64,000 nt of DNA from a virus. Location of the stretch: positions 4,036 through 68,035 of the IMG/VR virus record IMGVR_UViG_3300046001_005260; one strand, given 5' to 3'. The notes below the pieces were generated by a model that was not told where the DNA came from, searched no databases, and was given only the letters and a program-made list of their open reading frames with translations. The translations under genes were made by a program, and so were the position numbers. Shown here piece after piece: positions 45,295-54,432 of the stretch; within the stretch, counting starts at the first letter, position 1; every line of letters begins with the position of its first letter.

Positions 45295-46236
45295 TTAGGA
45301 AAGCGTTTCGGTGTTGAGAATCGAATCGGTAGCAATGATCGGAATCCCCTCGAAATCGGTTGGAGTCGGCGCGTAAACCGAGCTTCCGCCAGCTTCGCCT
45401 TTTTTGCCGGTGAGTTGCAGCGCAGCGACCGCAGAACGGGCGATTTGCAACTGCGAACGGCTGCGGCGGCTCATGTAAATCGCATCCGGCATGACTCCTG
45501 CTGGGAACAGCGCGAGTCCAGCGGCGAGCAACGCATCGGTCAGGCCTTTGCCGCTGTCGGTGGTCAAGTCGCGAATGCGGACGACGCTGTTCGGGTTGGT
45601 GCATTGGATGCCAGCCCAGCCGGTGAGGTGGGAAACGCGAGCATCGAACTTGCCGCCGCTGGCGTCTTCTGCGGTTTCATCGCGGAAGGCAGGGAGCGTA
45701 AGGACAGTGCCATTGCCAAAGATAACTTGCACGTCCTTGATGCCGTATTTCACGAAGTAAACCGAGCTTGCCACGTTGTCAGTGGTGCCGCCAGCGTCGA
45801 GAGTCATGGAGCTTCCGACAACGTCTTGCAGGCCGATATGGCCTTTGGCGTCGTATGCCTTGCCGTAGTAGATTTGACGGCCAAGCAGGCGCATCACAGC
45901 CTCGGTGACGCCCATTGACTCGTCTGTTTCGAGACTGGATTGGGAGTTGTCGGCGGAGATAAGCGCCTTGTCGATTTGGATCAGTGCCCGAATCGGGAAG
46001 CACTCAACCAGCTTGTTGGCGTAGGTTGATTTGCTCGCCGCTACGCCTTCATTCACATGAGTGAACGCGGCGGAAGGCAGGCCAGTGCGCAGCAACGTGT
46101 GGTAGCTGGTCCCCTTGATCGTGCGAGCCGGGAAGTTGGCAAGTTCGGGAGCGGACGAGAGATTGGCTTCAATCAAGCCAACTTCTTTGGAAGAGTTCTG
46201 GCGCTTGGCCAGGTCGAGCATGGTGAGAACGGACAT
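45295..46236 (-). CDS. Major capsid protein
   Basis: Homologue of 4473-5420. Confidence 0.85.
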   Translation of the reverse strand: MSVLTMLDLAKRQNSSKEVGLIEANLSSAPELANFPARTIKGTSYHTLLRTGLPSAAFTHVNEGVAASKSTYANKLVECFPIRALIQIDKALISADNSQSSLETDESMGVTEAVMRLLGRQIYYGKAYDAKGHIGLQDVVGSSMTLDAGGTTDNVASSVYFVKYGIKDVQVIFGNGTVLTLPAFRDETAEDASGGKFDARVSHLTGWAGIQCTNPNSVVRIRDLTTDSGKGLTDALLAAGLALFPAGVMPDAIYMSRRSRSQLQIARSAVAALQLTGKKGEAGGSSVYAPTPTDFEGIPIIATDSILNTETLS

Positions 46237-46262
46237 GATGTGCGGTTTCTATGGGTGAATGG

Positions 46263-47231
46263 TTAGGCTTTTTCTTCGGCGGCGATTGCGGCTTCGACCT
46301 TTTCGCGTGGGCTGAGTTCCTTTTCGGTGGCGTCGGCGGCTTTGACCGGCGCAATCGGCTGATCCAGCTTGTCAAACTTGGCAGGCAGCGCAGCGATGAA
46401 CTGAGCGCCGAGCGCTTCGTTGGCTTCAAGGAAAGAAAGCACTTGACCCTTGGTCGCTTCGTCTTTTGGGGCGATCTTGCCAGCGGCAACCGCAGCTTCT
46501 ACGATGGCGCCCAGGCGAGCCTTGTTAGCTTCTGCCAGTTTGGCTTCTGCCATGTCATTTGATTTCTTCAGTTCCGCCAACTCTGCTTCAAGTTCAGCGA
46601 TGCGCTTTGCTTTGTCGGTCATCTCGCCGTCCATGGCGGCAACCTTGGCGAGCGCGGATTGTTCGGCGGATTCATGGGCGGGGTCAATCCCGAGTTTGGC
46701 GAGCAATAGTTTCATTGTGCGGGGCGGTATAGGTGAGGATTCTGCCGCGTCACTTGCGGCGATGCGTGGAATTTCACGGAAAGCAGGCTCGTTCACAAGC
46801 GCTCCGAGTGGTCCCCGGTCTGGAAGCCCGGCGGGCGTGCCGTTTTCGTCCATCAGGAAGGTGGGCGAGAAGTAGGAAAAATCTTTGCCTTCGATGGCTG
46901 CGCGGCCCGCTCCGGTCCATTCCAGCGAGCACATGACACCCTTGCCGGGTTCGTAGCGGAATGACTGAGGAAGCGCGCTTGATTTGCCGCCTTTGTGTTC
47001 AAAGTCAAACCACGGGCGGACGTTTCCCGCCTGTCGCTTCATGAGGTCAGCTTGCAGGCTGGCGGCGATTTCCTCGCCACGTTCGGCAGGAATGCGAACG
47101 GTGATTTGCTTTGCCTTGCCGTTGACGAACGGGGTGATTGTATGCTCGCCCTCTGGCAAATACACGATTTCGCCAGTAGCCCCGCCATCAGGTAGGAGGC
47201 TAGCAAATGCGGTTACAAGGAGCGGCTTCAC
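46263..47231 (-). CDS. Mu-like prohead protease I / scaffold (internal start at 46715)
   Basis: Homologue of 5458-6444; GTG start fixed by alignment and promoter spacing. Confidence 0.85.
   Translation of the reverse strand: MKPLLVTAFASLLPDGGATGEIVYLPEGEHTITPFVNGKAKQITVRIPAERGEEIAASLQADLMKRQAGNVRPWFDFEHKGGKSSALPQSFRYEPGKGVMCSLEWTGAGRAAIEGKDFSYFSPTFLMDENGTPAGLPDRGPLGALVNEPAFREIPRIAASDAAESSPIPPRTMKLLLAKLGIDPAHESAEQSALAKVAAMDGEMTDKAKRIAELEAELAELKKSNDMAEAKLAEANKARLGAIVEAAVAAGKIAPKDEATKGQVLSFLEANEALGAQFIAALPAKFDKLDQPIAPVKAADATEKELSPREKVEAAIAAEEKA
46807..46818 (-). promoter_or_regulatory. Late-promoter box inside the protease gene
   Basis: CCGGGGACCACT-N8-TTGTGA-N17-GAAATT. Confidence 0.7.
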
Positions 47232-47274
47232 GTCGCAATGAAACACCCGCTTTGACGGGTTGGCTATCGCGGCG

Positions 47275-47286
47275 AGTGGTCCCCGG
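47275..47286 (-). promoter_or_regulatory. Late-promoter box for the protease gene
   Basis: CCGGGGACCACT-N8-TAGCCA-N17-TTTCAT-N6-GTG. Confidence 0.75.
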
Positions 47287-47328
47287 TTAGGCGATTTCAG
47301 GCAAAGTGAAAATAGTTTGAAAAACTTG

Positions 47329-47357
47329 TTGACGAAATCAGCGGATTGCAGTAATTT
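47329..47357 (+). promoter_or_regulatory. Sigma70-like promoter of the inserted cassette
   Basis: TTGACG-N17-TAATTT. Confidence 0.7.
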
Positions 47358-47384
47358 TCTCCCGGCAGCAAGCCACACCGCAAA

Positions 47385-47705
47385 ATGACAACTTCATTCA
47401 GCAAATTCCAAACCGCAACGCTTCCAGAAACCACTGCCGATGCAATCGGATTCTTTGAAGCCATCGCGCTTGCCGGACTTGAAAAACAATTCGTCAGAAT
47501 CCCGGTCGCAACCCAACGCCGCCACTTCGGAAGCGCCCCATTCGGAAAGCTCGCCGTGAAAGTCGAAAACTCAACCTGCCGCACAATCAAGGCAATGGAC
47601 TTTGGTCGCGACTTTGACACCCAAGAGGCATCATGGAGCATGGCAGACAGGGCGTGGCGGTCAGCAGATGGCGAGAGAATCCTTGAGTCATTCCCGAAAG
47701 CATAA
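47385..47705 (+). CDS. Hypothetical protein (moron gene 1)
   Basis: 106-aa ORF after the promoter; absent from phage A. Confidence 0.7.
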   Translation: MTTSFSKFQTATLPETTADAIGFFEAIALAGLEKQFVRIPVATQRRHFGSAPFGKLAVKVENSTCRTIKAMDFGRDFDTQEASWSMADRAWRSADGERILESFPKA

Positions 47706-47713
47706 CCAAAACG

Positions 47714-47730
47714 CGGGGTTCAATCCCCCG
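47714..47730 (+). ncRNA. tRNA T-arm-like hairpin
   Basis: CGGGG-TTCAATC-CCCCG, after the stop codon of 47385-47705. Confidence 0.6.
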
Positions 47731-47741
47731 ATATTAATCAA

Positions 47742-48002
47742 ATGAGAAACTTCAAAGAAGTCAGTCAATCGGACATTCAAGACGGACAATCGTATTTTTT
47801 GGCCCGCAAAATCAAAACTTCAATCTGGTTTTGGTCGCAGCCCAAAAACGGTCCAGAAAAATGGACATCAAAACCGGGGATTGCGGTTCATTTTGTTGGA
47901 GGGGATGATCTTCGGAAAGTCTTTGATAAAAACCGACAGGTTGAAATGGTTGCAATCGAAGTGCCCAGCGATCACGCAAAAAGATGGAGGGCGAGGAAAT
48001 AG
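47742..48002 (+). CDS. Hypothetical protein (moron gene 2)
   Basis: 86-aa ORF of lower GC content. Confidence 0.65.
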   Translation: MRNFKEVSQSDIQDGQSYFLARKIKTSIWFWSQPKNGPEKWTSKPGIAVHFVGGDDLRKVFDKNRQVEMVAIEVPSDHAKRWRARK

Positions 48003-48004
48003 CC

Positions 48005-48193
48005 ATGACCCCAAAACCAACCAAAGGCGGAAAACGCCCCGGCTCAGGCCGTAAGCCAAAACCAGACAAGCGGGTTACGCGGTCAATCAGCCTTCCGCCC
48101 GAGTCATGGGCCAAGCTGGACGATCTGGCGGCAAAGCGTGGCGCTTCCCGGTCGGAAGCGGTAAACGGGCTAATCACTCGAAAGAGTCGATAA
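48005..48193 (+). CDS. Ribbon-helix-helix (CopG-like) regulator with a GGKRPGSGRKP arm
   Basis: TRSISLPPE.W..LD.LA...G.SRSE.V pattern. Confidence 0.75.
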   Translation: MTPKPTKGGKRPGSGRKPKPDKRVTRSISLPPESWAKLDDLAAKRGASRSEAVNGLITRKSR

Positions 48194-48827
48194 AATCCTC
48201 AATCGCTTGCGCTGCCGCCGTGGTGATGGCTGCGACCGGTGGCAAAATCCCGCTGTCGCCACGATGCCGCGTGATCGTGCGCAGCGTGTAGAGCAATTTG
48301 CCGCCAACCTTCGGCAGCGTGATCTTTTTGCCCTTGTTTGGGCCATGTTTTGCGACAATTTCCACGCCTTCGACGAGGTATCCGACAGTCTCGCGCCCCC
48401 GTGCCGCGTGAATGAACGCTAGGATGCCGGATTGCGAGGGTTGAACGCGTCGCCCGTCCTTCACCATCACGGCCTTTGAAGGGATGGCAAGCGCCCGCGT
48501 GGGGCGTCCGGTGTAGGAACTGATTGACTTGCCCGGCGTGACTTCGCCGCCGTAGTAGCGCAAGGCAATGAACGATTCGCGCAGCGTGACGGTTGCGCGC
48601 TCGTTGTCGTGGTTTGCCTCTGCTGATTTCCAAACGTCACGCCAAAATGCCAACCCGTCCTTGTCGCGTGGAAAATACTTCGTTTCAAGATGATCTCTGA
48701 CAAGTTCCCGCGCAGCCGTGGCAATGACATCGTGCATTCCAACCCGGTCTTGCGTCGCCCGCGTAATCGCCCGCAAGCTAGCGTTGGCGGCTGCTGAATC
48801 AATCGAAACCGTAATGGACAGACTCAT
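48174..48827 (-). CDS. Mu gpG-like virion morphogenesis protein
   Basis: Homologue of 6508-7161. Confidence 0.55.
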   Translation of the reverse strand: MSLSITVSIDSAAANASLRAITRATQDRVGMHDVIATAARELVRDHLETKYFPRDKDGLAFWRDVWKSAEANHDNERATVTLRESFIALRYYGGEVTPGKSISSYTGRPTRALAIPSKAVMVKDGRRVQPSQSGILAFIHAARGRETVGYLVEGVEIVAKHGPNKGKKITLPKVGGKLLYTLRTITRHRGDSGILPPVAAITTAAAQAIEDFIDSFE

Positions 48828-50149
48828 AAGATTTCCTCCAGAACGATATTGATTGAACGCTTGCCCTTGTCGCTGGAAAAGATGGCAACCTTGAACTCTT
48901 TCCCTCCGACGTAAACAAACCCCGGCTTGCCCGGTCGCAGCGCTGAAATGTCGATTGCATTCGTTCCGTTGCGGACGTTTACAAGGACTTTCCACCCGTC
49001 GCCAATCTCGCCAAGAACCCGGTTGGCTTCGGTGATGGTTGAGACAAAATCCCACCCGGCGACGTTGGCGGGGATGGTCAGAACCTTCTGATAAAGCCCG
49101 CGAATGAACGCGGAAACATCGGACGCAGCGAGGCGGAATGCGCGGTAAAGCTGCGCAGGAACGCTCTCGGTTTCGATGCGGTCAAACAGCTTTCGCAGCG
49201 TCACCCGGTCATCCTGTCGGTCAGCCTTTAGCCCGCCTTTCCATGTCGCCAGCGCGTCGCGTTGGGTCAAGATGTCAAATTCTGGCGGGGCAGGCTTAGC
49301 CCATAGGTCGGCGAGCGCCTTCGCGGTGTAGGGTTTGCTGCCGTCCGGATCGGTAAAAATCAGCTTGTCGCCGTCCCATTGCGCAAGTCGCCCCATGCGT
49401 CGCCCGATATGCTCGCGTAAGTCCCCGTCGATGATTGCTGGCGTTACCATCAGCCCGTCATTCATGGACTTGAAAACGGGCTGCTGCATCGGGTTGTTGT
49501 TCGGGTCAAGCGGCAGTCCGAGCGCCTTTGCTCCCCGGCGTGACACAAGCTTGGTATCCATGCCGCTGCCAAAGTCGAACGGCGCCCATGGTTGATTGAA
49601 GCGCGACAACGCGGCCCAAATCGGGTGATTCGTTAGCGCGACTTTCTCAGTCGGGTGAACGCCTGGAATTGAAGCGGTTGCCGACTTGGCCATGGCCCAT
49701 CGGGTTTCCCAGTCTCGCGGCTCGCGCTTTGGCGTTAGCCGAAAGAATCGGCGGGCAGGGAATGCGCGGATTGCGGTCTGGTCCCTTACCCATTGAGCAT
49801 GACCGCGCGCCATGTTGAGGTTCGTCGAAAGAACTACGTTCACGCGGTCAAGGCTGGACAGGTCTTGCAGGCTCCCCTCTTTCCCGGCGGGCGGAGTGTA
49901 GCCGTATTCTTTGAGCCACATTTGCAACTCTTTCGACGCCGTGCCGCGGTCCCGCGTCCCCTTGGTCACTTCGTCCACGCTTTGCCTGAATCGCTGCAAA
50001 ATCTCCGCGTCGGTGACTCGCGACATGAAAAAAGCCCGCTGCCGTATCTCAGTCGGGACGCTCGCCCATTCGTCGCTTGTCAGCGCGGCGGGTAGGTTTT
50101 CCCGGCGTGCGAGCGATTGAAAAGCCTGGTTGTAGTCGCCATCGTTCAT
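48824..50149 (-). CDS. MuF-like minor head protein with C-terminal extension
   Basis: Homologue of 7158-8474. Confidence 0.7.
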   Translation of the reverse strand: MNDGDYNQAFQSLARRENLPAALTSDEWASVPTEIRQRAFFMSRVTDAEILQRFRQSVDEVTKGTRDRGTASKELQMWLKEYGYTPPAGKEGSLQDLSSLDRVNVVLSTNLNMARGHAQWVRDQTAIRAFPARRFFRLTPKREPRDWETRWAMAKSATASIPGVHPTEKVALTNHPIWAALSRFNQPWAPFDFGSGMDTKLVSRRGAKALGLPLDPNNNPMQQPVFKSMNDGLMVTPAIIDGDLREHIGRRMGRLAQWDGDKLIFTDPDGSKPYTAKALADLWAKPAPPEFDILTQRDALATWKGGLKADRQDDRVTLRKLFDRIETESVPAQLYRAFRLAASDVSAFIRGLYQKVLTIPANVAGWDFVSTITEANRVLGEIGDGWKVLVNVRNGTNAIDISALRPGKPGFVYVGGKEFKVAIFSSDKGKRSINIVLEEIL

Positions 50150-51684
50150 GCGGATTCTTTCGCGCCCGTGATCCACGCCGCCCCGAGCAGTGAAGCAATA
50201 TTCTCCTCGTCAATCAGGCTTCCGCGTTTCACGATGTCTTCCATTTTGGCAAGCAATTCCTCCACGCTTGCCCCTGTCGCGTCTGCGGCGGCAACGGCGG
50301 CAGTTTGTGCCACAGGAACACCCGGCGCGGCAGGCGACGGCGTAGCGGATGAAAGCAACCCCTCGCCATCGGCGGGAATAGGGATGCCGTGCCGCTCGTA
50401 AAACCATGCCTTAGAAACAGGCACCGAACCGGCGACGATTCCAAGAGCAACATCGCGCTCGGCCATGGCTTTATCGTCCTTGGCTTCCTCGGCCCGCGCC
50501 CACATCTCCGGCATGTTCGCGCCCGTCCCGTAGTTCGCGCCGATGATTGCCGGAATGAACTGATGGGTCAGGATTTCGCCAACGAAATCAGCGACCCCGG
50601 CAACCACCCCGTCAAGCGTCCCCTGGTGAACCTCGCCAAGCGCGCGGCTTCCGCTGCCATCGGTCCCGCTGGTCAGGGTTTGGCCCAAAATGAATTGTTC
50701 GCATTGCCGGTCAGCTAGCTCGAGCAAAGCAGATTGCGGCAAAGCGTCGGACCCCTTGGAGCTGTCTAGAACATTGATCTTAGCGCCAGGGCGGGTGACG
50801 ATGTATCCAAGCGAGCCAATCGTTGCCATCGCTGCTTTTACCGCGTTTTCGTCTTCAATGTCGCACTCTGCATGACGCCACGGGATGCCGTATAGCTGCG
50901 AAAAGTTCATGAACCATTTCAGCCCGTAAACCGCGGCGAGCCAGTATTGCGCCAATGCCCGCAGCGGCGCGGCTTGTGACGGGTGGCCCGAATGTCCCGC
51001 GTGAATCGCGATCAGGAAGCGCCCATCAGGGAAATCTTGGAATTGCCGTGAACCCATAGCTCCCTGCGGGTCATACATAAGCCGATCCTCGTTATCCGGC
51101 CCGGTTTGGTAGTCGGTCGGATAGCCGTAGAATCGGGCGGAAACCGGCTTGCAGGCTCGCGGCTCCCAGCCTCGCTGCGTCCGTTCCCATCGGATCTCTG
51201 AGACATGGTGGCCGTAGTAGTAGCCCCGAACGAGATTGCGGATTGTGCCTTCAATCCCGCATTCCAAGCGGGCGGTTCGCGGTTTCATCCCCCACGCCAT
51301 GCGCTCGGCGTCGGCAGCTAGCTGCTTGTCCTGGTCGGTCGGTTCCTCGTCGCCTTCCGCGTAGGGAATGACGGTCCACGGGGCGGCAATGACTAGGCGG
51401 GCAACTTCCTCAACCGACTTTTGCAGTTTGGGCCACGAGTCCATCATGGCCGTGAAAAGCAAGTCCTGGAAATGCAAGTCACCATTCAGCGCAGCCGCAA
51501 GAGTTGAGCGAACGTCGCCGGGTAGTTGCTCTCGTTCAAACACTTCCCACAAGCGATCACGCGCAGCCGCGACGTTTATTTGCTGCCCGTATGACGGCAC
51601 ACGGGGCGATGCTGCCGCGACCGTGGCTAGTGTGTCGCGTCGGGGTGGTAGGGCTGAGCCAATGGGGCGGAATCCGGTTGCCAT
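50146..51684 (-). CDS. Portal protein (DUF935)
   Basis: Homologue of 8464-10110. Confidence 0.9.
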   Translation of the reverse strand: MATGFRPIGSALPPRRDTLATVAAASPRVPSYGQQINVAAARDRLWEVFEREQLPGDVRSTLAAALNGDLHFQDLLFTAMMDSWPKLQKSVEEVARLVIAAPWTVIPYAEGDEEPTDQDKQLAADAERMAWGMKPRTARLECGIEGTIRNLVRGYYYGHHVSEIRWERTQRGWEPRACKPVSARFYGYPTDYQTGPDNEDRLMYDPQGAMGSRQFQDFPDGRFLIAIHAGHSGHPSQAAPLRALAQYWLAAVYGLKWFMNFSQLYGIPWRHAECDIEDENAVKAAMATIGSLGYIVTRPGAKINVLDSSKGSDALPQSALLELADRQCEQFILGQTLTSGTDGSGSRALGEVHQGTLDGVVAGVADFVGEILTHQFIPAIIGANYGTGANMPEMWARAEEAKDDKAMAERDVALGIVAGSVPVSKAWFYERHGIPIPADGEGLLSSATPSPAAPGVPVAQTAAVAAADATGASVEELLAKMEDIVKRGSLIDEENIASLLGAAWITGAKESA

Positions 51685-51727
51685 GGCGCAAGCGTGCCAC
51701 GGGCGGGGCGCGTTGGCATGTTTCGGG

Positions 51728-51739
51728 AGTGGTCCCCGG
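51728..51739 (-). promoter_or_regulatory. Late-promoter box for the portal gene
   Basis: CCGGGGACCACT-N8-ATGCCA-N17-CACGCT-N6-ATG. Confidence 0.7.
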
Positions 51740-51740
51740 T

Positions 51741-52109
51741 CTATTCCTCCGACTGCTTGCCGGTCAGTCTCTTTCCGTGGCAAGTCTCGATTACGGATTT
51801 AACCCCATCCATTGCCACGGTTGAGCGCTCAAGCGCGATGATTAGCCGGTCCCGCTCGTCCTTCGATTCCTTGTCCCGCGCAAGCTCCTTTGCTTCCGAC
51901 TTCGCCTCGGTTCGGTCAAGTCTAGCGCTCATCCATTTGAGCGCGATGACAAGCCCGACCAGCGCTCCAAGCGGACCAACTAGCCAAGTCATCCAATCCG
52001 GCATTGGCGCGTTGGTGACATCGGCAAGCATTCGGGTCGTCTTGCTCCCGAGTAGCGAGGCGGAAACGGCGATAAATCCAGAGGCGGCGGTTTCGATATT
52101 GGCGATCAT
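51741..52109 (-). CDS. Holin-like membrane protein
   Basis: Homologue of 10120-10485. Confidence 0.5.
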   Translation of the reverse strand: MIANIETAASGFIAVSASLLGSKTTRMLADVTNAPMPDWMTWLVGPLGALVGLVIALKWMSARLDRTEAKSEAKELARDKESKDERDRLIIALERSTVAMDGVKSVIETCHGKRLTGKQSEE

Positions 52110-52112
52110 GGG

Positions 52113-52259
52113 TCAGTATTTTTTGCGGCAGTTCGGACAGATAGCGCAGCCCGATGGAAGGAAATTCAGGGTTGAGCGGCAATCGCGACAAAACCCTAGC
52201 AACTTGCAGGTCTTGCCTAGCCAGTAGTGGATTATCAGGGATACGCGGCGGGCGGTCAT
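52113..52259 (-). CDS. 48-aa Cys-rich zinc-ribbon protein
   Basis: Homologue of 10489-10635. Confidence 0.75.
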   Translation of the reverse strand: MTARRVSLIIHYWLGKTCKLLGFCRDCRSTLNFLPSGCAICPNCRKKY

Positions 52260-52261
52260 GG

Positions 52262-52750
52262 CTAGATTGTGAAACGGATTCGGGAGCGGATTTTCGAGAC
52301 GGGGCGACGCTTTACCAGCACGGCCCCGCCTTCGCGTGTCCCTTGCCCGTCGGTGTTCCCTTCGATGGTTTGAACCATGCCGTTGGTGATCGGTCCAATG
52401 GCGATCCCGCAGTGGGAGAACGTAAAAATCACGATGTCGCCCGCCTTGATGTCTCGGGGCGGCTTCTGGGTTTGCGTGGTGGCGTCTTGTGCCAGACTCC
52501 AAAGTTCCAGCGCCCACGCGCCTGCAGTGGTCGGTCGGCGAAAGGTTGGCGTTTCGCTGACTCCGCATCGCGCCATAGCCTCGCGAACGACCCAACAAAC
52601 GAACGCAGCGCACCATGGCCAGCCTTGCGATGGGTCGAGCGAGGTTGCGCCTTTATAGGCGTCAACCCGTGGCCCGCAGTTGGTTCCGTTGAGTTCCTCA
52701 ACTCCGATCTCTGCCGCTGCAACGTCAACGATGGATTGCGCGAGTCTCAT
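52262..52750 (-). CDS. CHAP-domain endolysin
   Basis: PWCAAFV, SHCGI and TIEGNT motifs. Confidence 0.85.
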   Translation of the reverse strand: MRLAQSIVDVAAAEIGVEELNGTNCGPRVDAYKGATSLDPSQGWPWCAAFVCWVVREAMARCGVSETPTFRRPTTAGAWALELWSLAQDATTQTQKPPRDIKAGDIVIFTFSHCGIAIGPITNGMVQTIEGNTDGQGTREGGAVLVKRRPVSKIRSRIRFTI

Positions 52751-52893
52751 TTAGCTGAGCGGATAACTTTAGCGACCCCGTCGCCGTCCAGCGTTGCCGA
52801 GCGGTTCCCTGCGTCGTCCCATGTCACGGTGCAAGCGGTGAGCGAATACGCCAGCAAGGCCAGCGCGGCAGCGTATGCGATTCGGGTTTTCAT
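52747..52893 (-). CDS. Small lipoprotein (spanin candidate)
   Basis: Signal peptide with lipobox LTAC. Confidence 0.65.
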   Translation of the reverse strand: MKTRIAYAAALALLAYSLTACTVTWDDAGNRSATLDGDGVAKVIRSAK

Positions 52894-53021
52894 AGCGATT
52901 TCAGTATTGAGTTGATGGCGATGGCGACGCCGCAAAGAACGAGCGGAATCACAACCACGATCAGCGCGCAAATCATGGCGGCGGTTTCGGTGTTGTCGTT
53001 TGGTTGGCGCGGCAGGTTCAC
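52890..53021 (-). CDS. 43-aa single-transmembrane peptide (not in the ORF track)
   Basis: GTG start exactly 43 nt after the late box; VNLPRQPNDNTETAAMICALIVVVIPLVLCGVAIAINSILKSL; ATGA-coupled to the lipoprotein. Confidence 0.65.
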   Translation of the reverse strand: MNLPRQPNDNTETAAMICALIVVVIPLVLCGVAIAINSILKSL

Positions 53022-53064
53022 GCCCGCACCGTCGCCAGTCTAACCGCCGCCCGCAATTCTGGCG

Positions 53065-53076
53065 AGTGGTCCCCGG
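53065..53076 (-). promoter_or_regulatory. Late-promoter box for the lysis cassette
   Basis: CCGGGGACCACT-N8-TTGCGG-N17-GACGGT-N6-GTG. Confidence 0.7.
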
Positions 53077-54432
53077 TCAGAATCCGGTGACGAGTCCGCC
53101 TGAGAATGGGTTTTCGCTGCCTTTGGCTAGGCTCTTGGCGGTTAGCGCCCCGCTCATCTTCCCGCCGCAAGCGATAGCTCCCACAAAGGCGTCGGCCCGG
53201 TCAGGCGAGCGGATGCCCCTTGCTCTCATGTCATCCTTTGATTCAACCCGCAGCCTGCCCTTGCTGTCCCATTCAAGGCGCCGGGTGGTCAACTGCTCAA
53301 ATAAGCCAGGGTCGAAACGTTCACGCGGGCCAAGGTGGATCCGCCCGCGCTCGATGTCGCGACACGCTTCGATCCAGCATTCCGAAATGAGGTTGGCGTA
53401 GTTCTTCGGGTCTTGCGCCGGAATCCCGCCGTGAAACTCCCGAACGCGGAAACCCTCTTCCGCGAAATCTTTTATGATGACATTTCCTATCCCGTCAGCG
53501 TCGCCCCATACTTGGCCCGCGTGAAGCTGGCAGGCGTTGAAATGCTGCCGGAACTCCCGGCGCGCCTGCGTGGTGTTCGTGTCGCGCCAGAACGAATGAA
53601 GGCGGGCGACGTTTCCCCAGCGGTAGGCAAGCGAGTTCTCGTCCCCGCCCGCCGCGAAGTCGCAGAATCCGACTTTCTCGCCGTTGTTGTCTGCTGCCTC
53701 TTGGATGGCAAAAGCGGCTTCAAGCTTTTCGGGTGATAGGACAACGCGACCGTCAAGCGAAGTGAACTCGGCCAGGTGCATTGAGCGGAAAAGCGGGGAT
53801 TCTTCGCCATAGAATCTCCGATCCCTCTCGACCTTGCGCGGGTCAATGTGTGGGCATTTCGTCCAATCAACGCGCAACGTGTAGTAGTCGGATGCGAACT
53901 TGGTCAGGCAGTTGTAGAAGCGCCCGCTTGGAGGCCCCGAGCTTGAAATGTAAAGCTGGAATCGCCGCGTGCATCGGTCGAACGCCTCGAAAATCTCATC
54001 CGGAACGGTCTTGCACTCGTCCACAAGGATGCAAACCGGGTCAGTGTCCGGCCCGATTGTCGGGTGGAAGCCCTCGGCTTTGCCGGGGTCGTTAGTGGAA
54101 AACCCTATCCCTTTCCCACCTTGCGCCGTTGTGATGGTCAGCGGACTTGTGCCGCCTGTCACCCGTGCGGATCTCGGCAAGTGTTGCCGCACCGATGGCC
54201 AAAGCTGATTTTGAAGCTGGTTGAAGCTGCCCGAGGTCGCAACAAGCTTCCCCTGCGGGAACGCATAGAAAAACCAGTCAACCGCACGGGCGGCAATGAT
54301 TGCGGTCTTGCCTGCGCCGTTGCAGGTAAGAAGCGCCGTAGGCCATCCGTTGCCGAATGCTTCCAGCGCTTCGCATTGCCAGTCGTAAAGGACAGCGCCC
54401 TTTGCCAGCGCAAGCTCTGCGGGGGTCAGCAT
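53077..54432 (-). CDS. terL: Terminase large subunit
   Basis: NGAGKT, ILVDE, DFAAGGD and SPDRADA motifs. Confidence 0.92.
   Translation of the reverse strand: MLTPAELALAKGAVLYDWQCEALEAFGNGWPTALLTCNGAGKTAIIAARAVDWFFYAFPQGKLVATSGSFNQLQNQLWPSVRQHLPRSARVTGGTSPLTITTAQGGKGIGFSTNDPGKAEGFHPTIGPDTDPVCILVDECKTVPDEIFEAFDRCTRRFQLYISSSGPPSGRFYNCLTKFASDYYTLRVDWTKCPHIDPRKVERDRRFYGEESPLFRSMHLAEFTSLDGRVVLSPEKLEAAFAIQEAADNNGEKVGFCDFAAGGDENSLAYRWGNVARLHSFWRDTNTTQARREFRQHFNACQLHAGQVWGDADGIGNVIIKDFAEEGFRVREFHGGIPAQDPKNYANLISECWIEACRDIERGRIHLGPRERFDPGLFEQLTTRRLEWDSKGRLRVESKDDMRARGIRSPDRADAFVGAIACGGKMSGALTAKSLAKGSENPFSGGLVTGF

Noticed and set aside
24223-47730. tRNA genes or tRNA-derived att sites at the TTCRA hairpins
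   Set aside because: No acceptor, D or anticodon arms; stems differ between copies; no integrase in the window.
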